Source of the DNA: Azolla caroliniana | Taxonomy: Eukaryota; Plantae; Polypodiophyta | Assembly (NCBI GenBank): GCA_043228905.1 | Contig: JBHGNT010000018.1 | Location: forward strand, 1-64,000 | DNA: 64,000 nucleotides | Direction of reading: 5' to 3' | Shown: piece by piece, positions 1-14,700 of the stretch | How positions within the stretch are numbered: the first letter of the stretch is position 1 | Layout of the letters: each line of letters begins with the position of its first letter | Position numbers and translations under genes: made by a program | Notes under the pieces: generated by a model | What the model saw: the letters and a program-made list of their open reading frames with translations, nothing else | The model's database searches: none | What the model was told of the DNA's origin: nothing

Positions 1-1264
1 GCTTCGATTCGCATGATTTGAACACTAAAATCCGATATCACACGAGCCAGTTATGAACATTTTAATTTACTCACGCGCTCTTCTCAACTCCCTCCTCTAA
101 TTTACTAATTTATTCATGTCTCGTGACCTGTGTTTCAAAATCTTGATTTTCTAATTCTATATTACAGCTAGTGTTGTTAGCTTCGATTCGCATGTTTGAA
201 CACAACAATCCGATATCACACGAGCCAGGTATGACAATTTTAATTTACTCACGCAATCTTCTCCACTCCCTCCTCAAATTTGGTAATTTCTTCATGTCTC
301 TCGACCTGAGTTTCAAAATCTTGATTTTCTAATTCCATATCATAGCTAGTGTTGTTAGCTTCGATTCGCATGTTTGAACACAAAAATCGGATATCACACG
401 AGCCAAGTATGACAATTTTGATTTACTCACGCGATCTTCTCAACTCCCTCCTCTAATTTACTAATTTCTTCATGTCTCTTGACCTGAGTTTCGAAATCTG
501 GATTTTCTTATTCCATATCATAGCTAGTGTTGTTAGCTTCGATTCGCATGTTTGAACACAACAATCCCATATCACACGAGCCTGGTACGAACATTTTAAT
601 TTACTCACGCGCTCTTCTCAACTCCCTCCTCTAATTTGCTAATTTCTTCCTGTCTCTCGACCTGAGTTTCAAAATCTTGATTTTTTAATTCCATATCATA
701 GCTAGTGTTGTTAGCTTCGATTCGCATGTTTGAACACAAAAATCGGATATCACACGAGCTAGGTAGGACAATTTTAATTTACTCACGCGATCTTCTCAAC
801 TCCCTCGTCTGATTTACTAATTTCTTCATGTCTATGGACCTGAGTTTCAAAATCTGGATTTTCTAATTCCATATCATAGCTAGTGTTGTTAGCTTCGATT
901 CGCATCTTTGAACACTAAAATCCGATATCACACAAGCTAGGTATGACAATTTTAATTTACTCACCTGCTCTTCTCAACTCCCTCCTCAATTTTGCTAATT
1001 TCTTCCTGTCTCTCGACCTGAGTTTCAAAATCTTGATTTTTTAATTCCATATCATATCTAGTGTTGTTAGCTTCGATTCGCATGTTTGAACACAACAATC
1101 CCATATCACACGAGCCAGTTATGAACATTTTAATTTACTCACGCGCTCTTCTCAACTCCCTCCTCTAATTTACTAATTTATTCATGTCTCGTGACCTGTG
1201 TTTCAAAATCTTGATTTTCTAATTCTATATTACAGCTAGTGTTGTTAGCTTCGATTCGCATGTT

Positions 1265-2300
1265 TGAACACAACAATCCGATATCACACGAGCCAGGTAT
1301 GACAATTTTAATTTACTCACGCAATCTTCTCCACTCCCTCCTCAAATTTGGTAATTTCTTCATGTCTCTCGACCTGAGTTTCAAAATCTTGATTTTCTAA
1401 TTCCATCTCATAGCTAGTGTTGTTAGCTTCTATTCGCATGTTTGAACACAAAAATCGGATATCACACGAGCCAGGTATGACAATTTTAATTTACTCACGC
1501 AATCTTCTTCACTCCCTCCGCAAATTTGGTAATTTCTTCATGTCTCTCGACCTGAAGTTTCAAAATCTTGATTTTTTAATTCCATATCATAGCTAGTGTT
1601 CTTAGCTGCGATTCGCATGATTTGAACACTAAAATCCGATATCACACGAGCCAGGTAGGAACATTTGAATTTACTCACGCGCTCTTCTCAACTCCCTCCT
1701 CTAATTTGCTAATATCTTCATGTCTCTCGACCTGAGTGTCAAAATCTTGATATTTTAATTCCATATCATAGCTAGTGTTTTTAGCTTCGATTCGCATGTT
1801 TGAACACTAAAATCCGATATCACACGAGCCAGGTATGACAATTTTAATTTACTCACGCAATCTTCTCCACTCCCTCCTCAAATTTGGTAATTTCTTCATG
1901 TCTCTCGACCTGAGTTTCAAAATCTTGATTTTCTAATTCCATCTCATAGCTAGTGTTGTTAGCTTCTATTCGCATGTTTGAACACAAAAATCGGATATCA
2001 CACGAGCCAGGTATGACAATTTTAATTTACTCACGCAATCTTCTTCACTCCCTCCGCAAATTTGGTAATTTCTTCATGTCTCTCGACCTGAAGTTTCAAA
2101 ATCTTGATTTTTTAATTCCATATCATAGCTAGTGTTCTTAGCTGCGATTCGCATGATTTGAACACTAAAATCCGATATCACACGAGCCAGGTAGGAACAT
2201 TTGAATTTACTCACGCGCTCTTCTCAACTCCCTCCTCTAATTTGCTAATATCTTCATGTCTCTCGACCTGAGTGTCAAAATCTTGATTTTTTAATTCAAT
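1265..2300 (+). repeat. Tandem 3-monomer duplication (536-bp period)
   Basis: The private variant 'cctgaagtttc' (1-nt insertion) is at 1551 and 2087. 'ccctccgcaaa' and 'gctgcgattc' are also duplicated. Boundaries are approximate. Confidence 0.85.
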
Positions 2301-3899
2301 ATCATAGCTAGTGTTGTTATCTTCGATTCGCATGTTTGAACACTAAAATCCGATATCACACGAGCCAGGTATTACAATTTTAATTTACTCACTTACTCTT
2401 CTCAACTCCCTCCTCAAATTTGGTAATTTCTTCATGTCTCTCGACCTGAGTTTCAAAATCTTGATTTTTTAATTCCATATCATAGCTAGTGTTGTTAGCT
2501 TCGATTCGCATGTTTGAACACTAAAATCGGATATCACACGAGCCAGGTATGACAATTTTACTTTACTCACTTACTCTTCTCAACTCCCTCCTCAAATTTG
2601 GTAATTTCTTCATGTCTCTCGACCTGAGTTTCAAAATCTTGATTTTTTAATTCCATATTATAGCTAGTGTTGTTAGCTTCGATTCGCATGTTTGAACACT
2701 AAAATCAGATATCACACGAGCCAGGTATGACAACTTTAATTTACTCACGCGCTCTTCTCAACTCCCTCCTCAAATTTGGTAATTTCTTCATGTCTCTCGA
2801 CCTGAGTATCAAAATCTTGATTTTTTAATTCCATATCATAGCTAGCGTTATTAGCTTTGATTCGCATGTTTGAACACTAAAATCCGATATCACACGAGCC
2901 AGGTATGACAATTTTAATTTACTCACGCGCTCTTCTCAACTCCCTCCTCTAATTTACTAATTTCTTCATGTCTCTCGACCTGAGTTTCAAAATCTTGATT
3001 TTTTAATTCCATATCATAGCTAGTGTTATTAGCTTCGATTCGCATGATTGGAACACTAAAATTGGATATCACACGAGCCAGTCATGAACATTTTAATTTA
3101 CTCACACGCTCTTCTCAACTCCCTCCTCTAATTTACTAATTTCTTCATGTCTCTCGACCTGAGTTTCAAAATCTTGATTTTTTAATTCCATATCATAGCT
3201 AGTGTTATTAGCTTCGATTCACATGATTGGAACACTAAAATCGGATATCACACGAGCCAGTCATGAACATTTTAATTTACTCACACGCTCTTCTCAACTC
3301 CCTCCTCTAATTTACTAATTTTTTCATGTCTCGCGACCTAAGATTAAAAATCTTGATTTTTTAATTCCGATATCACACGAGCCAGGTATGACAATGTTAA
3401 TTTACTCACTTGCTCTTCTCCACTCCCTCCTCTAATTTACTACTTTCTTCATGACTCTCGACCTGAGTTTCAAAATATTGATTTTCTAATTCCATTTTAT
3501 AGCTAGTGTTAATTTACTGACTTGCTCTTCTAAACTCCCTCCTCAAATTTGCTAATTTCTTCATGGCTCTCGACCTGATATTCCAAATCTTGATTTTTTA
3601 ATTCCATATCATAGCTAGTGTTGTTAGCACGATTGGCATGATTGGAACACTAAAATCGGATATCACACGAGCCAGTTATGAACATTTCATCATGTCTCTC
3701 GACCTGAGTTTCGAAATCGTGACTTGCTCTTCTCAACTCCCTCCTCAAATTTGCTAATTTCTTCATGTCTCTCGACCTGATATTCCAAATCTTGATTTTT
3801 TAATTCCATATCATAGCTAGTGTTGTTAGCTCGATTGGCATGATTGGAACACTAAAATCGGATATCACACGAGCCAGTTATGAACATTTCATCATGTCT

Positions 3900-6800
3900 C
3901 TCGACCTGAGTTTCGAAATCGTGATTTTCTAATTCCATATCATAGCTAGTGTTGTTATCTTCGATTCGCATATTTGAACACAACAATCCGATATCACACA
4001 AGCCAGGTATGACAATTTTAATTTACTCACTTGCTCTTCTCAACTCCCTCCTCTAATTTACTAATTTTTCATGTCTCTCGACCTGAGTTTCAAAATCCTA
4101 AGTTTTTAATTCCATATCATAGCTAGTGTTCTTAGCTTCGATTGTCATGTTTGAACACTAAAATCCGATATCACACAAACCAGGTATGATCATTTTAATT
4201 TACTCACTTGCTCTTCCTAACTCCCTCCTCTAATTTACTAATTTCTTCATGTCTCTCGACCTGAGTTTCAAAATCTTGATTTTTTAATTCCATATCATAG
4301 CTAGTGTTGTTATCTTCGATTCGCATGTTTGAACACTAAAATCCGATATCACACGAGCCAGGTATGACAACTTTAATTTACTCACGCGCTCTTCTCAACT
4401 CCCTCCTCAAATTTGGTAATTTCTTCATGTCTCTCGACCTGAGTTTCAAAATATTGATTTTCTAATTCCATATCATAGCTAGTGTTGTTAGCTTCGATTC
4501 GCATGTTTGAATACTAAAATCCGATATCACACGAGCCAGGTATGACAACTTTAATTTACTCACGCGCTCTTCTCAACTCCCTCCTCTAATTTACTAATTT
4601 CTTCATGTCTCTCGACCTGAGTTTCAAAATCTTGATTTTTTAATTCCATATCATAGCTAGTGTTATTAGCTTCGATTCGCATGATTGGAACACTAAAATC
4701 GGATATCACACGAGCCAGTCATGAACATTTTAATTTACTCACGCGCTCTTCTCAACTCCCTCCTCTAATTTACTAATTTTTTAATGTCTCGCGACCTAAG
4801 TTTCAAAATCTTGATTTTTTAATTCCATATTATAGCTAGTGTTGTTAGCTTCGATTCGCATGATGGAACACTAAAATCGAATATCACACGAGCAAGGTAT
4901 GAACATTTTAATTTACGCACCTGCTCTTCTCAACTCCCTCCTCAAATTTGGTAATTTCTTCATGTCTCTCGACCTGAGTTTCAAAATCTTGATTTTTTAA
5001 TTCAATATCATAGCTAGTGTTGTTATCTTCGATTCGCATGTTTGAACACTAAAATCCGATATCACACGAGCCAGGTATTACAATTTTAATTTACTCACTT
5101 ACTCTTCTCAACTCCCTCCTCAAATTTGGTAATTTCTTCATGTCTCTCGACCTGAGTTTCAAAATCTTGATTTTTTAATTCCATATCATAGCTAGTGTTG
5201 TTAGCTTCGATTCGCATGTTTGAACACTAAAATCGGATATCACACGAGCCAGGTATGACAATTTTACTTTACTCACTTACTCTTCTCAACTCCCTCCTCA
5301 AATTTGGTAATTTCTTCATGTCTCTAGACCTGAGTTTCAAAATCTTGATTTTTTATTTCCATATTATAGCTAGTGTTGTTAGTTTCGATTCGCATGTTTG
5401 AACACTAAAATCAGATATCACACGAGCCAGGTATGACAAGTTTAATTTACTCACGCGCTCTTCTCAACTCCCTCCTCAAATTTGGTAATTTCTTCATGTC
5501 TCTCGACCTGAGTTTCGAAATCGTGATTTTCTAATTCCATATCATAGCTAGTGTTGTTATCTTCGATTCGCATATTTGAACACAACAATCCGATATCACA
5601 CAAGCCAGGTATGACAATTTTAATTTACTCACTTGCTCTTCTCAACTCCCTCCTCTAATTTACTAATTTTTCATGTCTCTCGACCTGAGTTTCAAAATCC
5701 TAAGTTTTTAATTCCATATCATAGCTAGTGTTCTTAGCTTCGATTGTCATGTTTGAACACTAAAATCCGATATCACACAAACCAGGTATGATCATTTTAA
5801 TTTACTCACTTGCTCTTCCTAACTCCCTCCTCTAATTTACTAATTTCTTCATGTCTCTCGACCTGAGTTTCAAAATCTTGATTTTTTAATTCCATATCAT
5901 AGCTAGTGTTGTTATCTTCGATTCGCATGTTTGAACACTAAAATCCGATATCACACGAGCCAGGTATGACAACTTTAATTTACTCACGCGCTCTTCTCAA
6001 CTCCCTCCTCAAATTTGGTAATTTCTTCATGTCTCTCGACCTGAGTTTCAAAATATTGATTTTCTAATTCCATATCATAGCTAGTGTTGTTAGCTTCGAT
6101 TCGCATGTTTGAATACTAAAATCCGATATCACACGAGCCAGGTATGACAACTTTAATTTACTCACGCGCTCTTCTCAACTCCCTCCTCTAATTTACTAAT
6201 TTCTTCATGTCTCTCGACCTGAGTTTCAAAATCTTGATTTTTTAATTCCATATCATAGCTAGTGTTATTAGCTTCGATTCGCATGATTGGAACACTAAAA
6301 TCGGATATCACACGAGCCAGTCATGAACATTTTAATTTACTCACGCGCTCTTCTCAACTCCCTCCTCTAATTTACTAATTTTTTAATGTCTCGCGACCTA
6401 AGTTTCAAAATCTTGATTTTTTAATTCCATATTATAGCTAGTGTTGTTAGCTTCGATTCGCATGATGGAACACTAAAATCGAATATCACACGAGCAAGGT
6501 ATGAACATTTTAATTTACGCACCTGCTCTTCTCAACTCCCTCCTCAAATTTGGTAATTTCTTCATGTCTCTCGACCTGAGTTTCAAAATCTTGATTTTTT
6601 AATTCAATATCATAGCTAGTGTTGTTATCTTCGATTCGCATGTTTGAACACTAAAATCCGATATCACACGAGCCAGGTATTACAATTTTAATTTACTCAC
6701 TTACTCTTCTCAACTCCCTCCTCAAATTTGGTAATTTCTTCATGTCTCTCGACCTGAGTTTCAAAATCTTGATTTTTTAATTCCATATCATAGCTAGTGT

Positions 6801-8710
6801 TGTTAGCTTCGATTCGCATGTTTGAACACTAAAATCGGATATCACACGAGCCAGGTATGACAATTTTACTTTACTCACTTACTCTTCTCAACTCCCTCCT
6901 CAAATTTGGTAATTTCTTCATGTCTCTAGACCTGAGTTTCAAAATCTTGATTTTTTATTTCCATATTATAGCTAGTGTTGTTAGTTTCGATTCGCATGTT
7001 TGAACACTAAAATCAGATATCACACGAGCCAGGTATGACAAGTTTAATTTACTCACGCGCTCTTCTCAACTCCCTCCTCAAATTTGGTAATTTCTTCATG
7101 TCTCTCGACCTGAGTTTCGAAATCGTGATTTTCTAATTCCATATCATAGCTAGTGTTGTTATCTTCGATTCGCATATTTGAACACAACAATCCGATATCA
7201 CACAAGCCAGGTATGACAATTTTAATTTACTCACTTGCTCTTCTCAACTCCCTCCTCTAATTTACTAATTTTTCATGTCTCTCGACCTGAGTTTCAAAAT
7301 CCTAAGTTTTTAATTCCATATCATAGCTAGTGTTCTTAGCTTCGATTGTCATGTTTGAACACTAAAATCCGATATCACACAAACCAGGTATGATCATTTT
7401 AATTTACTCACTTGCTCTTCCTAACTCCCTCCTCTAATTTACTAATTTCTTCATGTCTCTCGACCTGAGTTTCAAAATCTTGATTTTTTAATTCCATATC
7501 ATAGCTAGTGTTGTTATCTTCGATTCGCATGTTTGAACACTAAAATCCGATATCACACGAGCCAGGTATGACAACTTTAATTTACTCACGCGCTCTTCTC
7601 AACTCCCTCCTCAAATTTGGTAATTTCTTCATGTCTCTCGACCTGAGTTTCAAAATATTGATTTTCTAATTCCATATCATAGCTAGTGTTGTTAGCTTCG
7701 ATTCGCATGTTTGAATACTAAAATCCGATATCACACGAGCCAGGTATGACAACTTTAATTTACTCACGCGCTCTTCTCAACTCCCTCCTCTAATTTACTA
7801 ATTTCTTCATGTCTCTCGACCTGAGTTTCAAAATCTTGATTTTTTAATTCCATATCATAGCTAGTGTTATTAGCTTCGATTCGCATGATTGGAACACTAA
7901 AATCGGATATCACACGAGCCAGTCATGAACATTTTAATTTACTCACGCGCTCTTCTCAACTCCCTCCTCTAATTTACTAATTTTTTAATGTCTCGCGACC
8001 TAAGTTTCAAAATCTTGATTTTTTAATTCCATATTATAGCTAGTGTTGTTAGCTTCGATTCGCATGATGGAACACTAAAATCGAATATCACACGAGCAAG
8101 GTATGAACATTTTAATTTACGCACCTGCTCTTCTCAACTCCCTCCTCAAATTTGGTAATTTCTTCATGTCTCTCGACCTGAGTTTCAAAATCTTGATTTT
8201 TTAATTCAATATCATAGCTAGTGTTGTTATCTTCGATTCGCATGTTTGAACACTAAAATCCGATATCACACGAGCCAGGTATTACAATTTTAATTTACTC
8301 ACTTACTCTTCTCAACTCCCTCCTCAAATTTGGTAATTTCTTCATGTCTCTCGACCTGAGTTTCAAAATCTTGATTTTTTAATTCCATATCATAGCTAGT
8401 GTTGTTAGCTTCGATTCGCATGTTTGAACACTAAAATCGGATATCACACGAGCCAGGTATGACAATTTTACTTTACTCACTTACTCTTCTCAACTCCCTC
8501 CTCAAATTTGGTAATTTCTTCATGTCTCTAGACCTGAGTTTCAAAATCTTGATTTTTTATTTCCATATTATAGCTAGTGTTGTTAGTTTCGATTCGCATG
8601 TTTGAACACTAAAATCAGATATCACACGAGCCAGGTATGACAAGTTTAATTTACTCACGCGCTCTTCTCAACTCCCTCCTCAAATTTGGTAATTTCTTCA
8701 TGTCTCTCGA
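3900..8710 (+). repeat. 9-monomer higher-order repeat, 1602 bp, three tandem copies
   Basis: Diagnostic 'attgtcatg' at 4141, 5743 and 7345 (spacing 1602 = 9x178). 'cctaagtttt', 'gaatacta' and 'ctctagacc' recur at the same spacing. Confidence 0.92.
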
Positions 8711-11700
8711 CCTGAGTTTCAAAATCTTGATTTTTTAATTCCATATCATAGCTAGTGTTGTTAGCTTCGATTCGCATGTTTGAACACTAAAATCGGATAT
8801 CACACGAGCCAGGTATGACAATTTTACTTTACTCACTTACTCTTCTCAACTCCCTCCTCAAATTTGGTAATTTCTTCATGTCTCTTGACCTGAGTTTCAA
8901 AATCTTGATTTTTTAATTCCATATTATAGCTAGTGTTGTTAGCTTCGATTCGCATGTTTGAACACTAAAATCGGATATCACACGAGCCAGGTATGACAAG
9001 TTTAATTTACTCACGCGCTCTTCTCAACTCCCTCCTCAAATTTGGTAATTTCTTCATGTCTCTCGACCTGAGTATCAAAATCTTGATTTTTTAATTCCAT
9101 ATCATAGCTAGCGTTATTAGCTTCGATTCGCATGTTTGAACACTAAAATCCGATATCACACGAGCCAGGTATGACAATTTTAATTTACTCACGCGCTCTT
9201 CTCAACTCCCTCCTCTAATTTACCAATTTCTTCATGTCTCTCGACCGGAGTTTTAAAATCTTGATTTTTTAATTCTATATTATAGCTAGTGTTGTTAGAT
9301 TCGATTCGCATGATGGAACACTAAAATCGAATATCACACGAGCAAGCTATGAACATTTTAATTTACGCACCTGCTCTTCTCAACTCCCTCCTCAAATTTG
9401 GTAATTTCTTCATGTCTCTCGACCTGAGTTTCAAAATCTTGATTTTTTAATTCAATATCATAGCTAGTGTTGTTATCTTCGATTCGCATGTTTGAACACT
9501 AAAATCCGATATCACACGAGCCAGGTATGACAATTTTAATTTACTCACTTACTCTTCTCAACTCCCTCCTCAAATTTGGTAATTTCTTCATTTCTCTCGA
9601 CCTGAGTTTCAAAATCTTGATTTTTTAATTCCATATCATAGCTAGTGTTGTTAGCTTCGATTCGCATGTTTGAACACTAAAATCGGATATCACACGAGCC
9701 AGGTATGACAATTTTACTTTACTCACTTACTCTTCTCAACTCCCTCCTCAAATTTGGTAATTTCTTCATGTCTCTCGACCTGAGTTTCAAAATCTTGATT
9801 TTTTAATTCCATATTATAGCTAGTGTTGTTAGCTTCGATTCGCATGTTTGAACACTAAAATCAGATATCACACGAGCCAGGTATGACAACTTTAATTTAC
9901 TCACGCGCTCTTCTCAACTCCCTCCTCAAATTTGGTAATTTCTTCATGTCTCTCGAACTGAGTATCAAAATCTTGATTTTTTAATTCCATATCATAGCTA
10001 GCGTTATTAGCTTTGATTCGCATGTTTGAACACTAAAATCCGATATCACACGAGCCAGGTATGACAATTTTAATTTACTCACGCGCTCTTCTCAACTCCC
10101 TCCTCTAATTTACTAATTTCTTCATGTCTCTCGACCTGAGTTTCAAAATCTTGATTTTTTAATTCCATATCATAGCTAGTGTTATTAGCTTCGATTCGCA
10201 TGATTGGAACACTAAAATTGGATATCACACGAGCCAGTCATGAACATTTTAATTTACTCACACGCTCTTCTCAACTCCCTCCTCTAATTTACTAATTTCT
10301 TCATGTCTCTCGACCTGAGTTTCAAAATCTTGATTTTTTAATTCCATATCATAGCTAGTGTTATTAGCTTCGATTCACATGATTGGAACACTAAAATCGG
10401 ATATCACACGAGCCAGTCATGAACATTTTAATTTACTCACACGCTCTTCTCAACTCCCTCCTCTAATTTACTATTTTTTTCATGTCTCGCGACCTAAGAT
10501 TAAAAATCTTGATTTTTTAATTCCGATATCACACGAGCCAGGTATGACAATGTTAATTTACTCACTTGCTCTTCTCCACTCCCTCCTCTAATTTACTACT
10601 TTCTTCATGTCTCTCGACCTGAGTTTCAAAATATTGATTTTCTAATTCCATTTTATAGCTAGTGTTAATTTACTGACTTGCTCTTCTAAACTCCCTCCTC
10701 AAATTTGCTAATTTCTTCATGGCTCTCGACCTGATATTCCAAATCTTGATTTTTTAATTCCATATCATAGCTAGTGTTGTTAGCACGATTGGCATGATTG
10801 GAACACTAAAATCGGATATCACACGAGCCAGTTATGAACATTTCATCATGTCTCTCGACCTGAGTTTCGAAATCGTGACTTGCTCTTCTCAACTCCCTCC
10901 TCAAATTTGGTAATTTCTTCATGTCTCTCGACCTGAGTATCAAAATCTTGATTTTTTAATTCCATATCATAGCTAGCGTTATTAGCTTCGATTCGCATGT
11001 TTGAACACTAAAATCCGATATCACACGAGCCAGGTATGACAATTTTAATTTACTCACGCGCTCTTCTCAACTCCCTCCTCTAATTTACCAATTTCTTCAT
11101 GTCTCTCGACCGGAGTTTTAAAATCTTGATTTTTTAATTCTATATTATAGCTAGTGTTGTTAGATTCGATTCGCATGATGGAACACTAAAATCGAATATC
11201 ACACGAGCAAGCTATGAACATTTTAATTTACGCACCTGCTCTTCTCAACTCCCTCCTCAAATTTGGTAATTTCTTCATGTCTCTCGACCTGAGTTTCAAA
11301 ATCTTGATTTTTTAATTCAATATCATAGCTAGTGTTGTTATCTTCGATTCGCATGTTTGAACACTAAAATCCGATATCACACGAGCCAGGTATGACAATT
11401 TTAATTTACTCACTTACTCTTCTCAACTCCCTCCTCAAATTTGGTAATTTCTTCATTTCTCTCGACCTGAGTTTCAAAATCTTGATTTTTTAATTCCATA
11501 TCATAGCTAGTGTTGTTAGCTTCGATTCGCATGTTTGAACACTAAAATCGGATATCACACGAGCCAGGTATGACAATTTTACTTTACTCACTTACTCTTC
11601 TCAACTCCCTCCTCAAATTTGGTAATTTCTTCATGTCTCTCGACCTGAGTTTCAAAATCTTGATTTTTTAATTCCATATTATAGCTAGTGTTGTTAGCTT

Positions 11701-14700
11701 CGATTCGCATGTTTGAACACTAAAATCAGATATCACACGAGCCAGGTATGACAACTTTAATTTACTCACGCGCTCTTCTCAACTCCCTCCTCAAATTTGG
11801 TAATTTCTTCATGTCTCTCGACCTGAGTATCAAAATCTTGATTTTTTAATTCCATATCATAGCTAGCGTTATTAGCTTTGATTCGCATGTTTGAACACTA
11901 AAATCCGATATCACACGAGCCAGGTATGACAATTTTAATTTACTCACGCGCTCTTCTCAACTCCCTCCTCTAATTTACTAATTTCTTCATGTCTCTCGAC
12001 CTGAGTTTCAAAATCTTGATTTTTTAATTCCATATCATAGCTAGTGTTATTAGCTTCGATTCGCATGATTGGAACACTAAAATTGGATATCACACGAGCC
12101 AGTCATGAACATTTTAATTTACTCACACGCTCTTCTCAACTCCCTCCTCTAATTTACTAATTTCTTCATGTCTCTCGACCTGAGTTTCAAAATCTTGATT
12201 TTTTAATTCCATATCATAGCTAGTGTTATTAGCTTCGATTCACATGATTGGAACACTAAAATCGGATATCACACGAGCCAGTCATGAACATTTTAATTTA
12301 CTCACACGCTCTTCTCAACTCCCTCCTCTAATTTACTAATTTTTTCATGTCTCGCGACCTAAGATTAAAAATCTTGATTTTTTAATTCCGATATCACACG
12401 AGCCAGGTATGACAACTTTAATTTACTCACTTACTCTTCTCAACTCCCTCCTCAAATTTGCTAATTTCTTCATGTCTCTCGACCTGAGTATCAAAATCTT
12501 GATTTTTTAATTCCATATTATAGCTAGCGTTATTAGCTTTGATTCGCATGTTTGAACACTAAAATCTGATATCACACGAGCCAGGTATGACAATTTTAAT
12601 TTACTCACATGCTCTTCTCAACTCCCTCCTCTAATTTGGTAATTTCTTCATGTCTCTCGACCTGAGTTTCAAAATCTTGATTTTTTAATTCTATATCATA
12701 GCTAGTGTTGTTATCTTCAATTCGCATGTTTGAACACTAAAATCTGATATCACACGAGCCAGGTATGACAATTTTAATTTACTCACTTGCTCTTCTCAAC
12801 TCCCTCCTCTAATTTACCAATTTCTTCATGTCTCTCGACCGGAGTTTTAAAATCTTGATTTTTTAATTCCATATTATAGCTAGTGTTGTTAGCTTCGATT
12901 CGCATGATGGAACACTAAAATCGAATATCACACGAGCAAGCTATGAACATTTTAATTTACGCACCTGCTCTTCTCAACTCCCTCCTCAAATTTGGTAATT
13001 TCTTCATGTCTCTCGACCTGAGTTTCAAAATCTTGATTTTTTAATTCAATATCATAGCTAGTGTTGTTATCTTCGATTCGCATGTTTGAACACTAAAATC
13101 CGTAATCACACGAACCGGGTATGACAATTTTAATTTACTCACTTACTCTTCTCAACTCCCTCCTCAAATTTGGTAATTTCTTCATTTCTCTCGACCTGAG
13201 TTTCAAAATCTTGATTTTTTGATTCCATATCATAGCTAGTGTTGTTAGCTTCGATTCGCATGTTTGAACACTAAAATCGGATATCACACGAGCAAGGTAT
13301 GACAATTTTACTTTACTCACTTACTCTTCTCAACTCCCTCCTCAAATTTGGTAATTTCTTCTTGTCTCTCGACCTGAGTTTCAAAATCTTGATTTTTTAA
13401 TTCCATATTATAGCTAGTGTTGTTAGCTTCGATTCGCATGTTTGAACACTAAAATCAGATATCACACGAGCCAGGTATGACAACTTTAATTTACTCACGC
13501 GCTCTTCTCAACTCCCTCCTCAAATTTGGTAATTTCTTCATGTCTCTCGACCTGAGTATCAAAATCTTGATTTTTTAATTCCATATCATAGCTAGCGTTA
13601 TTAGCTTTGATTCGCATGTTTGAACACTAAAATCCGATATCACACGAGCCAGGTATGACAATTTTAATTTACTCACGCGCTCTTCTCAACTCCCTCCTCT
13701 AATTTACTAATTTCTTCATGTCTCTCGACCTGAGTTTCAAAATCTTGATTTTTTAATTCCATATCATAGCTAGTGTTATTAGCTTCGATTCGCATGATTG
13801 GAACACTAAAATTGGATATCACACGAGCCAGTCATGAACATTTTAATTTACTCACACGCTCTTCTCAACTCCCTCCTCTAATTTACTAATTTCTTCATGT
13901 CTCTCGACCTGAGTTTCAAAATCTTGATTTTTTAATTCCATATCATAGCTAGTGTTATTAGCTTCGATTCACATGATTGGAACACTAAAATCGGATATCA
14001 CACGAGCCAGTCATGAACATTTTAATTTACTCACACGCTCTTCTCAACTCCCTCCTCTAATTTACTAATTTTTTCATGTCTCGCGACCTAAGTTTAAAAA
14101 TCTTGATTTTTTAATTCCATATTATAGCTAGTGTTGTTAGCTTCGATTCGCATGATGGAACACTAAAATCGAATATCACACGAGCAAGCTATGAACATTT
14201 TAATTTACGCACCTGCTCTTCTCAACTCCCTCCTCAAATTTGGTAATTTCTTCATGTCTCTCGACCTGAGTTTCAAAATCTTGATTTTCTAATTCCATAT
14301 CATAGCTAGTGTTGTTAGCTTCGATTCCCAGGTTTGAACACAACAATCCGATATCACACGAGCCAGGTACGAACATTTTAATTTACTCACGCGCTCTTCT
14401 CAACTCCCTCCTCTGATTTACTAATTTCATCATGTCTCTCGACCTGAGTTTTAAAATCATGATTTTCTAATTCCATATCATAGCTAGTGTTATTAGCTTC
14501 GATTCGCATGTTTGAACACTAAAATCCGATATTACACAAGCCAGGTATGAAAATTTTAATTTACTCACTTGCTCTTCTCAACTCCCTCCTCTAATTTACT
14601 AATTTCTTCATGTCTCTCGACCTGAGTTTCAAAATCTTGATTTTTTAATTGCATATCATAGCTAGTGTTATTAGCTGCGATTCGCATGATTGGAACACTA

